64,000 bases of DNA from assembly GCF_000711695.1 (NCBI RefSeq), contig NW_013547016.1, positions 124,001-188,000 on the forward strand. The letters run 5' to 3'. Position 1 is the first letter of the stretch; each line of letters starts with the position of its first letter. The stretch comes from Tilletiaria anomala UBC 951. Lineage: Eukaryota. The notes below the pieces were generated by a model. The model had not been told where the DNA came from, made no database searches, and worked only from the letters and a program-made list of their open reading frames with translations. Made by a program: the position numbers and the translations under genes. This document shows, piece after piece, positions 51,605 to 64,000 of this stretch.

Positions 51605-52299
51605 AGTCTGACGTTATGTAGTTAGGAAAACGTCAACAAGTACTACAAGTATCAGTCGTTTGAAATCTTGAGTCGCTCTCTTTCCACTTGATAGATGTCT
51701 TTACTCCTGCCGAAAAGCCGATGAAATGGCACATGCACTGCGAAAACAGTGTTACTAAGGACTTGCACATGTTCGGCCCGTTCTTCGCGCCAACTGTAAT
51801 AGTCAACGCTTGATGACTTAACTGCTCCGCTGCGGTTTAAAGCTATCATCATTCGCATCACACTTTCTGCCACACGCACGCGAGCCGGATGCAATGGACA
51901 CATGACGATAGGCTACAGGATCAAACGCATTGGTATCGTGTTCATGCATGTCATCGGTCCCCGAGCACAACTCACTTGTGAAACCCACCGCCAGGACTTG
52001 CCTGCCAGCTCTTTCCCCTGATGCATACGAAAAATGCTAAAATGAAGTGACGCCAGTTTGCCAGAGAACTCATCCGAAACGATGGCGCCTTCCAGGAGGA
52101 TTTTCGAGGTGTGAGCACAGTGAGATTGTCTCTTCGCTCAGGATCCCTGATAGAAGGTATGCTTTGAATGTGGAAGCTGTCTTGTCCTGCTCTGCGGCTT
52201 AGGGTGGATGCCTGACACGCGCTCTATGAAACAGTTACGGCAGTTAGGCACGCATTTCTGATATACAATTCAATCCTCGCGAACTCGAAAAATTACTGC

Positions 52300-54700
52300 T
52301 ATCATTGCTCGCTCAAGTCTCTTTTAACCTTGATTCCCTTCTGGGATAGTCAAAAGGCAGCACTCCTCCTCCAAGCAAGCCTGATATTTGGGAGAGCCTT
52401 CGCCATTATGATGTTCGACAGAAGAAATGGAAACGGACCTTATGATTCAAAACTCCCCATGGGCATTCAAATGGAAAGGGACGCAGACGTACACCCCAAT
52501 CCACTCTCGAGTAGGCCCATTATCGCAACCAGTCGAACAAACCACGCTCATGAAACCACGCGCACGCCCATCGGCATGTAAGGATGCGAGAAACGCATGG
52601 ATTCCATTATCTCAGCAGCTTTGCAACAAACGGTAGTCTTGTTTGATCAACAACGCCGGTCAAGAAGATCATACGCTGATTGTTCTTATCCTTTACCACG
52701 GCCCGACGGTCCTTCACTGACTCATCTCTCTTTTTACTCTCCTGACATCATAGACATCGTTCTCCATCAGTTTTCGAGTTCTCTAGGACGACTAGCACCC
52801 CGAGGTCACTGGTGAATAGGCCAAATTAACCTTCATCTTTATGAAGTCCGTGCCTTGTTCCCATGAATCAGTCGCTCACACGCTAGTCAACATCAAAAAG
52901 GTGACGATTGCAAGCACTTAACTAAGCACAGTGCGGCATCTGTTCTGAAAGTGATTGTGATACGGCCGTCCTTGCATAGGCAAACAGAGCACGCACAACA
53001 AGGGGCCCTCCCCCGTGACCCCAGCGAAACGCTGTATCCCCTAAACAATTTTGTTGCTAGCGAGAGCTCGCTCAAGATGGTGACATCACAACATTGCATC
53101 TGCTACCTTATTCCGAGTATTACAGGGTGGTCAGCTCACTTTTGACACAGCATACGGGTCTATACGAACACGTAGACGAACCTTGCCGTATAGGTTCACG
53201 CTAACCATTATCGTTTCTGGCAGCTTTGTGCTTTGTGCAATCTTGAAACAATTGGATATCTACACGTGGAAAGAAAAGGCTTTCGAACAGTTGCACATAA
53301 TGCCAGGTTGTCGCTTACGATCAGCACGCATACGTACCATCAGCACTGCACACTACTGACGTAATGTGACGATGAGGAATCTTGTACCATCGAACTGGAA
53401 GTTTGTAAGACTACTCTTCCATCTTTCTCTCTTTCGAAGGCTCGGTATGGCTCCCCTTTTGGTCCACACTTCCATTCAAGAATTCAATTACCGAATTCAT
53501 CCTCTTACCACAAGTCGCTAAAGCGCGATTGCTACCAGCGCCTATCTTCTGGTTACGTTGTTCAAGGCGTGGGCCGAGCGGTGGTACAAATGCCTTGGTC
53601 CCCCAAGAGAATGAGTCAGCAAGCAAGCTTGTCATGCACAACAAAGGGACGGTGTCCTTGTCGATGATAACATATCTGGTGGTCACTACGACAACTTGAT
53701 CTTGACGAAAGATGCTGTGGGACGGGCTCAAACATGATATCACGGACCGTTGGGTTACAGCTATAGACGATGTGTTAACTTACATCCAAACATTAGGTCG
53801 TAGTTTACAGGGCTATCCATTAAGACCAGGGTGCTGTAGATGGCAGTGTTGAGAATATGATCATATCTTCGTCTCTTTTCGTGCGGTGACAGCCATTCTA
53901 TGCTTTGTAGGCCACCATTTGTCACGTTGAGCGGTCCATCTCGATGGTAGATTCTCGCTTCTCGGTATGCAGACTGCATTGTGCTCCCCAAAATCGTCTC
54001 AATTGCTGCTACGGAAGAATCAAAGGTCATACAGTACTACCAGCAAGCTGTATATGGCCCATATTTCCGCATCTAGCGGATGCTCTTGACAAGTTGGCTC
54101 TTCACGCTCTGGACCCCCTCCTCCTTGGGTATGACATGCAATTCATTGAAGGTACTATGCGCCATATAGTATTGCCTGATGTATTGTCAGGCGCATCCTA
54201 CGGACCCACCTGGTTCTTTTACGGTAGATGGGGGGTCTTCAGCTCAGCCTCTTCGACGCCCTAATCTGAAAATTTTGACTGAACAATTTTAATGCACACT
54301 ATTGGAGCTGGGGTTATGGCAGCTGCTGGGACCAATCTTGCCCTCCAACTGTTGCTCGTTAAGGAATCCCATTTGCACTCATTCCAAATACAAGACCTTA
54401 AACGCCCTATATTGCTACTTGTCACTAATCCTCATGTTGAGGTTGGTTCCATTTGCGCGCCTGCTGCCATTTTGGATATGGTAGCCTTTCTCAGGCTCTG
54501 GCCGGACAAATGGCCGACGTGATAAAGAAACGTTAAAACTGGTAGTGTCCACGCTGTCGCTGCTCCTGCGTAATCTTATTTTGGTCGTAATGAGCCATCC
54601 CTTCAATAAGGTATGAGTCCAAGACCTCAAGCCCAACTCAAGCTCTCGAGCGACTTGAAGCGAAGACGGAGATGCCAGCAAGTACGAACTTGATGGGAGC
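52300..54700 (-). pseudogene. Decayed, apparently intronless coding relic of unknown origin (possible dsRNA-virus capsid-like)
   Basis: Protein-like reading frames interrupted by scattered stops and frameshifts, e.g. 54186-53761 in one frame. Identity is speculative. Confidence 0.3.
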
Positions 54701-54899
54701 AACAGTGAGAATCAAATGAATTGCACGGCAGCAACTAGAATGCGTGAGCTTTCAAAGCCTGGATGCTGATGGACATGACCGGTATGCGGGGTTACATGAC
54801 AGGCATGGTCAACAAGCCAATGAGTGACGACGGAAAACCCGCTGAATGTGAGTGCAGATGAGGAACAGGCCTTGACGACGCTGGAACTTGTCATTGATG

Positions 54900-57800
54900 G
54901 CAAGATCACTGACTCGGAACCATGTGGTAAAGACAGCTAAGGGCTGCGGGGACACGTTGGAAGCCAAGTACCAGCCCAAGAAGGGACCTTCCCTCTTCCA
55001 TCCCCAAGAGAGGCTTTTGGAACGTCAAAATGGGCTCTGCAGAGATCATGTAGGAGTAATTTGACCCCGTCGCAGCGACATACAACAAGGTCAAAGCACA
55101 ATAAGTCGAAATGCCAAAGCCCGACTACTGCCTTGCCGCTCACACCGGTCTCAACGCATCTTACGACAAAATTGTAGATGTTCGCTAGCCGCTTGGCGAT
55201 CAATTGCCAAGGGGGAACAATGACGCAACCCTAATCCAAGAAGAGCTTCGCCAGCGTCGCAACAATGCCAGGTCAGGTGCCTGACATAGCCATGTGCAGC
55301 GAGAGTTTTACGCATGGTGGCAAGGAAAAGCCAATTTACTGGATTTTTTGCAAGCAAGGCTACCTGCAAACAGAATGCCGACCGGAAAGCAAGTACACAG
55401 AGTCATTACCGTGCTGAGAAACTGCATGCCGCTTTTACAGATGCTATAACGGAATTCACCCTATCCATTTGTCCTGCAAAGCAAAACGGCAATGACAACA
55501 GCATCCTCGACACGGGGTCTTCGCACTACTTCGTCCCTTAAAGTACTACTCTCACCAAGAAAATCATGGATTCTACCGTCATCAAGTTCACCAATGGCCG
55601 AAGGATGGGGGCAGTGGCCAGGCGACCATGCACCAAACCGTGTCAAAACTAATAAGGGCACCGTCGTTGACATCTATCTCAAGAATATGCTTGAGGTCTA
55701 AGGCATGCACTGGGACCTCATCATCGGCAGCAGAGTTAAGGTCGCGGAGGCCAGCGGCTGCATTACACCCAAGAAGGATGGGGTCACAGCTACTTTGGGC
55801 AGTGGGAACAGCACGGTAACCATAAGGGCGGGTTTGCATAACGGCATCCTAGCTGTCACTGTAATGAAGAGAACCACCACCGCATTGCAGAACATGTCGA
55901 CCTGTGGAGGTCGTGCAGATGCGGACGGTGAGCTATGGCACCGACCCCTTGGCCACACATGGCGTGACTTGCGCAGCGCGATCTGGAACGCAAATGACCT
56001 ATCCGTCACCCAAGGTGACCGCCCATGTGAATCGTGTGCACTCGGATTGGCAGCCCACTCCCATATGGCGCCACAAGGGAAGAAGCAGAGCACGCCATGT
56101 GCTTGAAAGGGAGCACATGGATATCGCTGGACCTTTGCCCATGGAGAGCGTAGATAACGTGCTCTACTTCCTGACCTTCACAGATAAAAGGTCGGACAAA
56201 GCTTGAGTTCACACACTGGCACATTGCAAGAATGTTGCTGAAGACATCAGACAACTCGATCTGCCCAGTGATGAAGGGGACAGATGCCATGATCCTTCTC
56301 TCAGACAATGGCGTCGAGTATTGCGGCATGCGGGTGCAGCAAATCCTCTGATGATACAGTATCCACACGAAAGGTCAACCCCCATAAACGCCTCAATAGA
56401 ACAGGCGCGCTGTGCGCCTCAATCTGACTCATCTCACCATGGTCCGAGCATGGTGCACCGAGTCGAAGCTGGAAAGATACACTGGGTTGAGTTAGTCGCA
56501 ACAGCAGTCTACACGTACAATCACACCGCGCGTATTGTGCATCTCGCTGGTCGCACGATATCCCAGATTCCAGAAGAGGCATACTGCAATCGCAATCGAT
56601 CCATCGACTGCCTTCGTGCACTATGCTTAACGAGCTACTTTTTGCGCACTGGAACGCTCCAAGGTACCAACTTGGATGAGCACACAGTTAAGAGCATCCT
56701 TTTTAGGTATGCCAACACCGTAGCGTACCGTGGCTGGATTTCTAGCCTCAAACAGCTCATGCAACTTCAACACGTCAGGATTATTGATTTGCTCAACAGG
56801 CCAGTGCGCACTGACGAGGGGCGCGAGCCCACCAGCTGCGAAGTTACTACCAACGATGCTTCCTGAGCGGTTACGCCGGAGCCCGCACCAGGTGGAACAA
56901 GGTGAAGAGGCAGGACAGCGATCAGCACAACAACAGGCACCAACGAAACAAGTCGAGGAGCGGCGATTCTTGCAAGAGCGCCAGGAACCCACTGTAAGAA
57001 AATGGACTCGTGCCAGCAAGCCACCTGGCGAGTTCTCCGGTGCTTAGCATCAGCTTACTCATCAGCTACCGTTTCCTCCGATCCAGCAGAGCCTTGCAGC
57101 TACACCGAATCCCTCGGAATTGAAAACACTAGCAAGTGAGACAGCAAACAAGAGCGCAAAGACAACAGCCTCAAGAACAACGAAACATGGGTCGACATGG
57201 GCTGAGGCAAACTGCTGTTGGGCAAATGAACCGTGGCCCGAAATGTGTATTTGAAGGTGAAAGGCGACAGCAACGTAACTTGCAGCATAATAAACGAAAG
57301 TAGTTGCCAGCGGCTTTCCGCAAATCGAGCAGAAAGAGTATCATAAGGCATAGGTGCCTGGCTCGCGGCTGACCACCCTCCTAGCATTCGCTTTGGCTAA
57401 CACGTACAATCTGCGTCTCCATCATCTCGACGTCGAGATCACCTACTTTTCGGCGAGTGCGAGGAGGATTTCTACCTCAAACGGCCTGCAAGAGTGCAGT
57501 ACTTGGCCGGCAAGTAACCCCATATGTGCAAGAGTATATCCCGATTACGGCAAGCAGGTCGGAACCGACACATTAAGCTCGATTCGACCTTTCGGTAAAT
57601 CAGCCTCACCAGAGGCGAAGCCGATCAGTGCCCATGCACAGACACAGTCGATAGCAACTTCACGGCCTTGACCGCATACATCGACGACGTCGTCATCGCA
57701 ATCGAGCATCAGGAGACGGCCCTTCGACTTGAAGACATGTTGCTCGAATTCTTCAGCACTAACGACCTCGGAGCGACTCAGCATTGCGTCGGAATACAGA

Positions 57801-58560
57801 TATGCTGCAACATAAACACCAACAGCATTTTGGACGACCAGGCGACCTGCCCGGAGTCGATACTTCGAAGTTTCGACACGCTAGAGTGTAAGGTTGTCGT
57901 ACCTCCCTTCATGAACACGCAGAAGCATATGGACGCTTGCGAGACAATCGAAACTGAGCATATCAACCCTGAGATCGTCGGATCTTTGCTCTATCTCGCA
58001 CTCGAGACACAACCTGATCTGGCCTACCGGGTCGCCAGGGCCAGGGAAGATAGCGCGGAGCTGGCAGCACCAGCTTTGCAGGTTGCCAAGAGAATCATGC
58101 GGTACATTTGAGGTACCTGTAGCCTCGGGATCAAGTACAAGGAATCTAGCGGTACGAAGCTAGTCGATTTTTGCGATTTAAGCTGCATAAATGCAAGGAC
58201 AGGAAATCCATGATGGGCTTTGTGTTCTTTGTCCCTTTGCAATCATCAATTTGCTGTTGCGGAAGCAACCCAAGGAGACGCGTTCTTCACAGGAAGCTGA
58301 GCTGACGGGCAACACGTGAAGCTATGAGCAACGAAGCTTGGCTAGAAATGGCTCTTCGAGTTCTGCAACTTCAACGCACAAGGCTATCAAGATCGACAAC
58401 AATGGCACTTCACCACACTCTTAGCAAACTAAAGCATGTAAGACTCTAGCACTACGATGTCAAGGTGTTGTATGGATGAGAAGCACACAAGGAGCGGCAC
58501 CATCAAGTCCAAGAGGGTTGACAACAATGTCAATATAGCCAACTCACATGTCTAGCTGCT
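54900..58560 (+). mobile_element. Degenerate Ty1/copia LTR retrotransposon (pol remnant; LTRs not recognised)
   Basis: Motifs in copia order: protease ILDTGSSHY (~55503), LWHRPLGH/CESC, integrase HMDIAGP...YFLTFTD and SDNGVEY, WVELVATAVY, RT HHLDV, YIDDVVI, GSLLYLA...PDLAY, KRIMRYI, RNase H remnant. Many stops and frameshifts. Confidence 0.9.
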
Positions 58561-59329
58561 TGCAACGCAAGCAATTTAGAACTGCATTGCGCGGCAGCCG
58601 GCATGGTCGCTTTCAGGAAACGACCACTGACTACCAAAGAGTAGTGACACAGGAGCAGCATCAGCATGACCGCGCGAGCCAACGCACGGTAATGCAGCAC
58701 AGCCTGTAGAACACCAACGAACGTCATGCAAGGTTCAAGCAAGGGCGAAGCTACAGTGGCTGCAGTGAAGGCCAGACCTTGTGGATATCGAAGGAACCAA
58801 ATGCACCATCCAAATTTCTGCAGCGTAAAGAACAGCAACAGGTCAGCGTAACTTGTCCTAGTCGTACTGAGCCATCGCTTCCATACCTTGAGGCTTCAAC
58901 GCTTAAGGCTGTCTTGTCAAGCCTGCGTCGTCCGTAATCACATTGAGTGAGGATCTCGAAAAGGAACTGGCTGACCGTCATAATGACCAGTTGATGTTAC
59001 GGTCAGGAAGGAAGCTAGATAGATAAATTCGAGTCAAGGCTTCCGCAGTGAAGGGAATATAAGTCGGTAAATTGCCCTTTTGAATACATTTTGGTTTCTT
59101 CAATATCATCTGTTATGCGTTGCAAGGCTTCACAGTAGACTAAATATATCTGCTGTTTAGGAAGACATCCTGAATTTATCTGCTACACTTGCATCGCTGT
59201 TGATGGGGCTAGACTTCCTGTTCTTCCTCGTTGCAGTGTGAGTGAATATCGATGAGTACATGTATGATTCCCTTCTGCCATTCGTTCCCTAGCCTTCGTA
59301 CCGCCATGAGAACAGTGTGTCTAGTGCCA

Positions 59330-60400
59330 TGTACAGGCGTGAATATGCGCGTGGCCGAGTTGTGGTTGTTCACAAGCAATGAAGGAGCCTTACAAGATAG
59401 GTAGCTGGCCTCTTGCGACTTCCTGGTTCCGATGAGAATGATAAATTACTCCAACACACTTGTACCTCGCTTACTTTCCCACAAAATCAAACTATAAAAC
59501 TAACCTATCAATGGAACCATCTCGTATGGTGCGATATATTACTTTACAGGGTGCACATCACCTCGGCATTTCAAGCCTTTTTGACTACGGAAGAAAGATA
59601 CTGCTGCAAGTCACCAAGCGACCTGATCAACGCCATGTGCATACCAACGCACACACACAAGTTACACTCAACAGAGCCCTGGCTATGTCTGCGAAAGTCG
59701 GCGGGAGGCATTGTCTTCGCCTTGTTCTACTTCTGAGAACAAATCTTTGATACGCTCAAATTTGAGATCAAAGCTTCAATGTCTTCCACCGACCCCAGCT
59801 TCCGCTGGGCGCTCACGGTGATCGATGATGACACCCACAAAATCCAATCGACTCTGCCCGCCCTTCGCCGCTTTTGGGAATTGGCACCTTCTCACGGTAC
59901 AAGCCGTCGACAAGTACGTGGATTCGAACATGGTTGAACTGATGCATATGTATTAGTGTTCCAGTTTGGTTAGGCGCTGACGGCGTCGACTGTGTTCATT
60001 GATGTCCCCGTACTGTAATCGACGTTTTTGACCACCGCTTCTCCCGGAATGCTCTCGAGCTGCTCAAGAGGTTTGTCTCGGAATTGAATGAGAAAGCGGT
60101 GATCGAAGGTGTCAAAGACGTGGCAGCGCACTGGTCCTGATCCTTTTCCGAGTTTAAGCTCGATGTCGACAGGGCCAAAGGCCCGGCCGCCGGCGAAGGT
60201 GCTATGGATGCCGTGGGGCTCACTTTCTGGCTGTAGCTTGAGTCACTTGACTAGAGCGTGTCCCTCAGAGCAACCGTTTGCGCCAGTGTCGGTGCCGACA
60301 GTGACATGGTGTAGATCTGCCACGCCTCGCAGGCGAAAGATGTTGTGGCTGCCTAGGGCAGCGGGTTGGAATGAAAGGTTATGTTGATCGATCCGTTCTC
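59330..60400 (+). pseudogene. Possible decayed host gene fragment of unknown family
   Basis: Protein-like fragments (EQIFDTLKFEIK...FRWALTV; IDVFDHRFSRNALELLKRFVSELNEK) broken by stops, plus an intron-like gtacgt...ctgat...tag at ~59914-59956. Confidence 0.25.
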
Positions 60401-60668
60401 ATCCTCGTCTGTGATAACGGCTTCTTCCATGTCGGCGTCATGGTCGAGTACAAACGTGCTGTACACAGTCGGCTGGTTGTCGGCGCCGAGCCAGACATCA
60501 GCGCCCGCATCTGCAGTGGCTATGGCCCGGTGAACGAAGCTATGCTGCCTGATACCTTTAGAAGATATATTAGATCAACATTTTTGTTAGTATTATTAGA
60601 AGAAGAGCAAGATCGAGATCGACTTTACGGCACTTGGCAAGGGATAAGCAGCACAGCAGGGTATGATT

Positions 60669-63305
60669 TCAAGTTACAGGTCTACGCTGTGCTCTGCGAG
60701 CTGACGGGGCGACTTTTCTTGCTTGAATTTCAGGCAGCGCGCTATCTGCAGGAGGTATCACTGGCGGCCCTACTTTGGCCGGACTCGGACCGAAAAATTC
60801 TTCGTCTAGCACGACAACAGGCACGTCCGCATCAATCGAGTACGCGTGGACACCCTCCTCCGCATCGACAACGCGAGCCGGTGCTTTGGAGGGTGCTCCC
60901 AAATAGAACGGATTGCCCTCTTGCTGTACCAGCAGACGAGATGTTTGTCAGATCGCATGGCGTTCACAACCACGGAAGTAGTTCTTGTGCACTCACGGTG
61001 CGTGTGCCTTGGTCTGAGTTTGCTGCCAATCGCTTATGGCCTCCAATTATTGCCGCTTGGGGACGCACGTTTGGCTTTTGATCGGAAGGGGAGGCGAACA
61101 GGCCACGAGAGTTGTGTCTTGTCTGCATTGGTCGTCTGATTCGCCAAGAATTTGTGGTGTTTGGAGGCCGCGAGCCCTGATATACAGTATTCAGAGTCGG
61201 ACTTGAAGTTCTGTGCCGCCTCATGGCTGAAAACAAGGGCGCAGATTCGGTTGAGATTAAACATCCCGCCTCGCGCGACTTGGGCAGAGGGGCCTTGTCA
61301 ATATCAAGCCGCATGGCATGTGCTATTGCAAGACTCACACGTTGTATGGCCTCCAAGCCTCGTACCCACGCACAATTTGGACGCAAAAGATATGAATTGA
61401 GTTGTTGAGGCTTTGGATCAATATCCCACATCCATGCTTCCAGTAGGAGCTCAATTGCAGCCGCAGGATCGATGAGCGGCCGACCATGCGACGGCACAAG
61501 CGTGTTTACGAGTCGCTGAATCTCCCATGTGCCCCTGGAAGCAGGATGTCATCAGTTTCTTTCGCTGCGGAATGCTGATAGAATAGCTCCATGAGACTCA
61601 CACATCTGCAACCCTCTGCATCGACATTTTGGCACGCAGCATGCAAAATTCTATCAGCGCTTTCCCTCGTTCGACACCAAGCTTGGCTTTGACAGGCAAG
61701 GGTTGGGCAACCGACTCTCGTCGTAGGATGTCGACAAGCTGACGCTCGGCCATGCGGCGGAAAGGGGCGCCGGCATCAGGGTACAAGCGCAAGAGAGTGC
61801 CAATGTATGCTTCGAAGTTCTGCACTCGTGCGTAATTATCCTTTGCGCCGACCGCCGCAATGCATGTGGAGACCTCTTTGATGAAATTGCGGTTAGCTAC
61901 CGCTGCATAAGTTTGAACGGCAGCATCTGGGGGATTGACCTCTTTTGCCGAAGCGGCGGTCGCGAGGACGGCCCGAAGTTTGGCGGCCGCTGCACTGCCA
62001 CCTTCCTGTGTAGTGCCGGTTGAGCTAGTGGAATTAATGGAACGAAGCGCGCTTTCAAGGGTCGCGCAGTATTCTTCAAAATTGTTGCGGTTGGACAGAC
62101 CCGTAAGCAAGGTGATAGCGCGCAATCGGACTGTGCTATCCTCAGCATTTAGAAGCTGAGTGATGGCGGAACGATGTACCTCGACAAGATGCGGGTGAGT
62201 CGGTAGAATTTTGATAAGTGCCACCAGAGCAATGAAGCGCAGATTTTGATCGGAATCATCGAGGAAATTCGCTAGCTTCTCCACGCACGTCTGCGCAAGC
62301 TGGTAGCCATCATTCGTGGCCAACATATCCCCCACAATGATGGTGTGAATGCATTCGTACAGTAGCGACATGGCTGGCGTGCTGGCAATGATGGAGGTGA
62401 TGGGTGGAAGGAGACGTCTGCTGAGGCGCGGTTCGCAGGTACTAAGGGCACCGAAAAGCTTGACGACCTTTATCAGCACCCAATTGTTCGTGGACGTGGT
62501 CAACAGCTGGAATAGCTGCGGTGACAGAGGCAGGAACGGCCTGGGATCCTTTCGTGCAAGCTCGCATAGGATGCTGACAGTCGCTGACACAACACCGGGA
62601 TCCGAGTCTTCAAGGCGATCTTGCAACCTGGTCCAAGCCTTGTCGAGGCTGCTCGGGTCATGCGTAATGATTGAGTGCAGAGCGATCACTGCCTTCTTGC
62701 GAATGACTGGCTTGCTATGATTGAGCATGGATGTTATCTCACTCGTAAAATGTTGTGCAAGATCCGGTGTCATAAGGTATGAAAAGCCAGATAAGGCCGA
62801 AATGGTGTCCAGGTCTGAGCGAGATGTCAGATCCTGGAAGCTGTAAACTTCAGCGATGCTCAAAATACGATGAATGACAGAAGTAGGATCAGAACGCACC
62901 TTTTTGACGAGGTTGGTTGCAAGGATCAAAACGTCTGTACCTGGTTCCAAAAGCTGAGCAGCCCCGAGATAGCCAATGTACTTGAAATGATATCGAGACG
63001 ACGCCATGACTTCGACGACGTGAAACGCTGCTTGCGACGAGACGTGGCCAAGCATTTGCAGCTGCAGAGGATCGCAGGAGGCGGACGAACGATATTAGCA
63101 TTGATCGACATTCAGTCTCATCTATTACAATTGGAGAGGTACGAACATAGATCAACTTAAGGATTGCCTCCGCCTTGATTTCCATGTCGCCGCTCCGAAC
63201 TTCATGACGAATTTCAGCGAGGACGATCGCCAGATATCTAGGCTCGTCTTTGCCCCTGTGGGAGCGAAAGCCTTTGATGAGGGACTCGAGTGAGCGTTCA
63301 AACAT
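60669..63305 (-). CDS. APL5: AP-3 adaptor complex delta subunit (multi-exon)
   Basis: MFERSLESLIKGFR, AAFHVVEVMAS, IGYLGA, NHSKPVIRKKA, NNWVLIKVVKLF, EPRL, AMSLLYECI, DQNL; last exon NPFYL...VPVVVL; stop 60669-60671. Confidence 0.93.
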
Positions 63306-63422
63306 GCTGAAAGAAGACCTGAATCCACCCCCCCTCCTGGTTGTTTGTCACCGCTAATCAGGGCCACAGGGCAGCCTTACGGGCGGCGCTATTCAGGTTC
63401 AGCGATGTCGTTCTGGTCCAAG

Positions 63423-64000
63423 TCAACTCGGCGTGAACGACTGTCCGGCTTTGCCACTGAGATATGACCTCGTCTCGAATCTGCGAGCCCGCACAGCCCT
63501 GCCAGAACTCAGTCGCATGGACTTATATTGCAAGTTTGGGATCGTTAAGTCAAGATCTCTGACCCCGTCTCCACAGTTCACAGGCGATGCTAAATAGGTT
63601 GCTTCAATCACCGAATGACTGGCCATTCGATCAGCTCGGTGCAACTGCGAGTATATTTTCTCCAGATATCCCTGTAATCCCGGGGTCAATGGTGAACTGC
63701 GGGAAGCATGGCACAAAATCCGGGCATCCTTTGTCATGCCCCCGAAGAATGCCATGAATGAGAAGCAATGGGAAGGTTCAGATTGCTCAGCGGGGGGTAT
63801 GTGTATTACATACGCTGCGTTGACCACAGTTGCTTTGGGACAATAGCCATCTTTGCAACAGGGAAGTCTGGGAGGTACCCGCGGACTGTGGCCATTCCAG
63901 CTTGTTCCACCTCGATCCTCAACTTCTCCCACCGTCCATCGTTGCGCAGTGAACGGTGCATAGAAAGCCGCCCCCGCATGCCGCTCGCTGTCCCCTCTGC
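63423..64000 (-). CDS. 3' end of an unidentified gene entering from beyond the window
   Basis: The frame of ORF 63423-63932 stays open to the window edge (RGDSERHAGAAFYAPF...). No family recognised. Confidence 0.4.
   Translation of the reverse strand, partial: RGDSERHAGAAFYAPFTAQRWTVGEVEDRGGTSWNGHSPRVPPRLPCCKDGYCPKATVVNAAYVIHIPPAEQSEPSHCFSFMAFFGGMTKDARILCHASRSSPLTPGLQGYLEKIYSQLHRADRMASHSVIEATYLASPVNCGDGVRDLDLTIPNLQYKSMRLSSGRAVRARRFETRSYLSGKAGQSFTPS

Noticed and set aside
58560..59330. Search for the copia 3' LTR and polypurine tract
   Set aside because: No direct repeat matching sequence upstream of the element could be recognised by eye.

Overview
Gene-dense, intron-rich fungal DNA with GT-AG introns and CTRAC-like branch points. 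Gene style suggests a basidiomycete, probably Ustilaginomycotina (inference). Bases 1-51.6 kb and 60.7-64 kb hold about 23 mostly conserved housekeeping genes: cytochrome b561, Tul1 E3 ligase, an SGNH-like protein, MBF1, PRP19, a sulfurtransferase, PYM, a BAR-like protein, an APC permease, Serinc, a Cyp33-like RRM protein, a C2H2 factor, GatB, an OSCA channel, GGTase-I beta, an Edc1/PNRC-like protein, KRR1, an SPX-RING E3, SEN54, a PPR protein, thioredoxin and AP-3 delta. Bases ~51.7-60.4 kb form a gene-poor decayed island containing a degenerate Ty1/copia retrotransposon and two other broken coding relics, one with faint resemblance to a totivirus capsid. Best non-obvious signals: a box C/D snoRNA candidate in PRP19 intron 2 with an LSU rRNA-complementary guide, the possible endogenous dsRNA-virus capsid relic next to the copia element, an SDR pseudogene beside a MITE-like element, and repeated short motifs in the Edc1-like protein. 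Exon boundaries were read by eye and family calls come from motif recall, not database searches.
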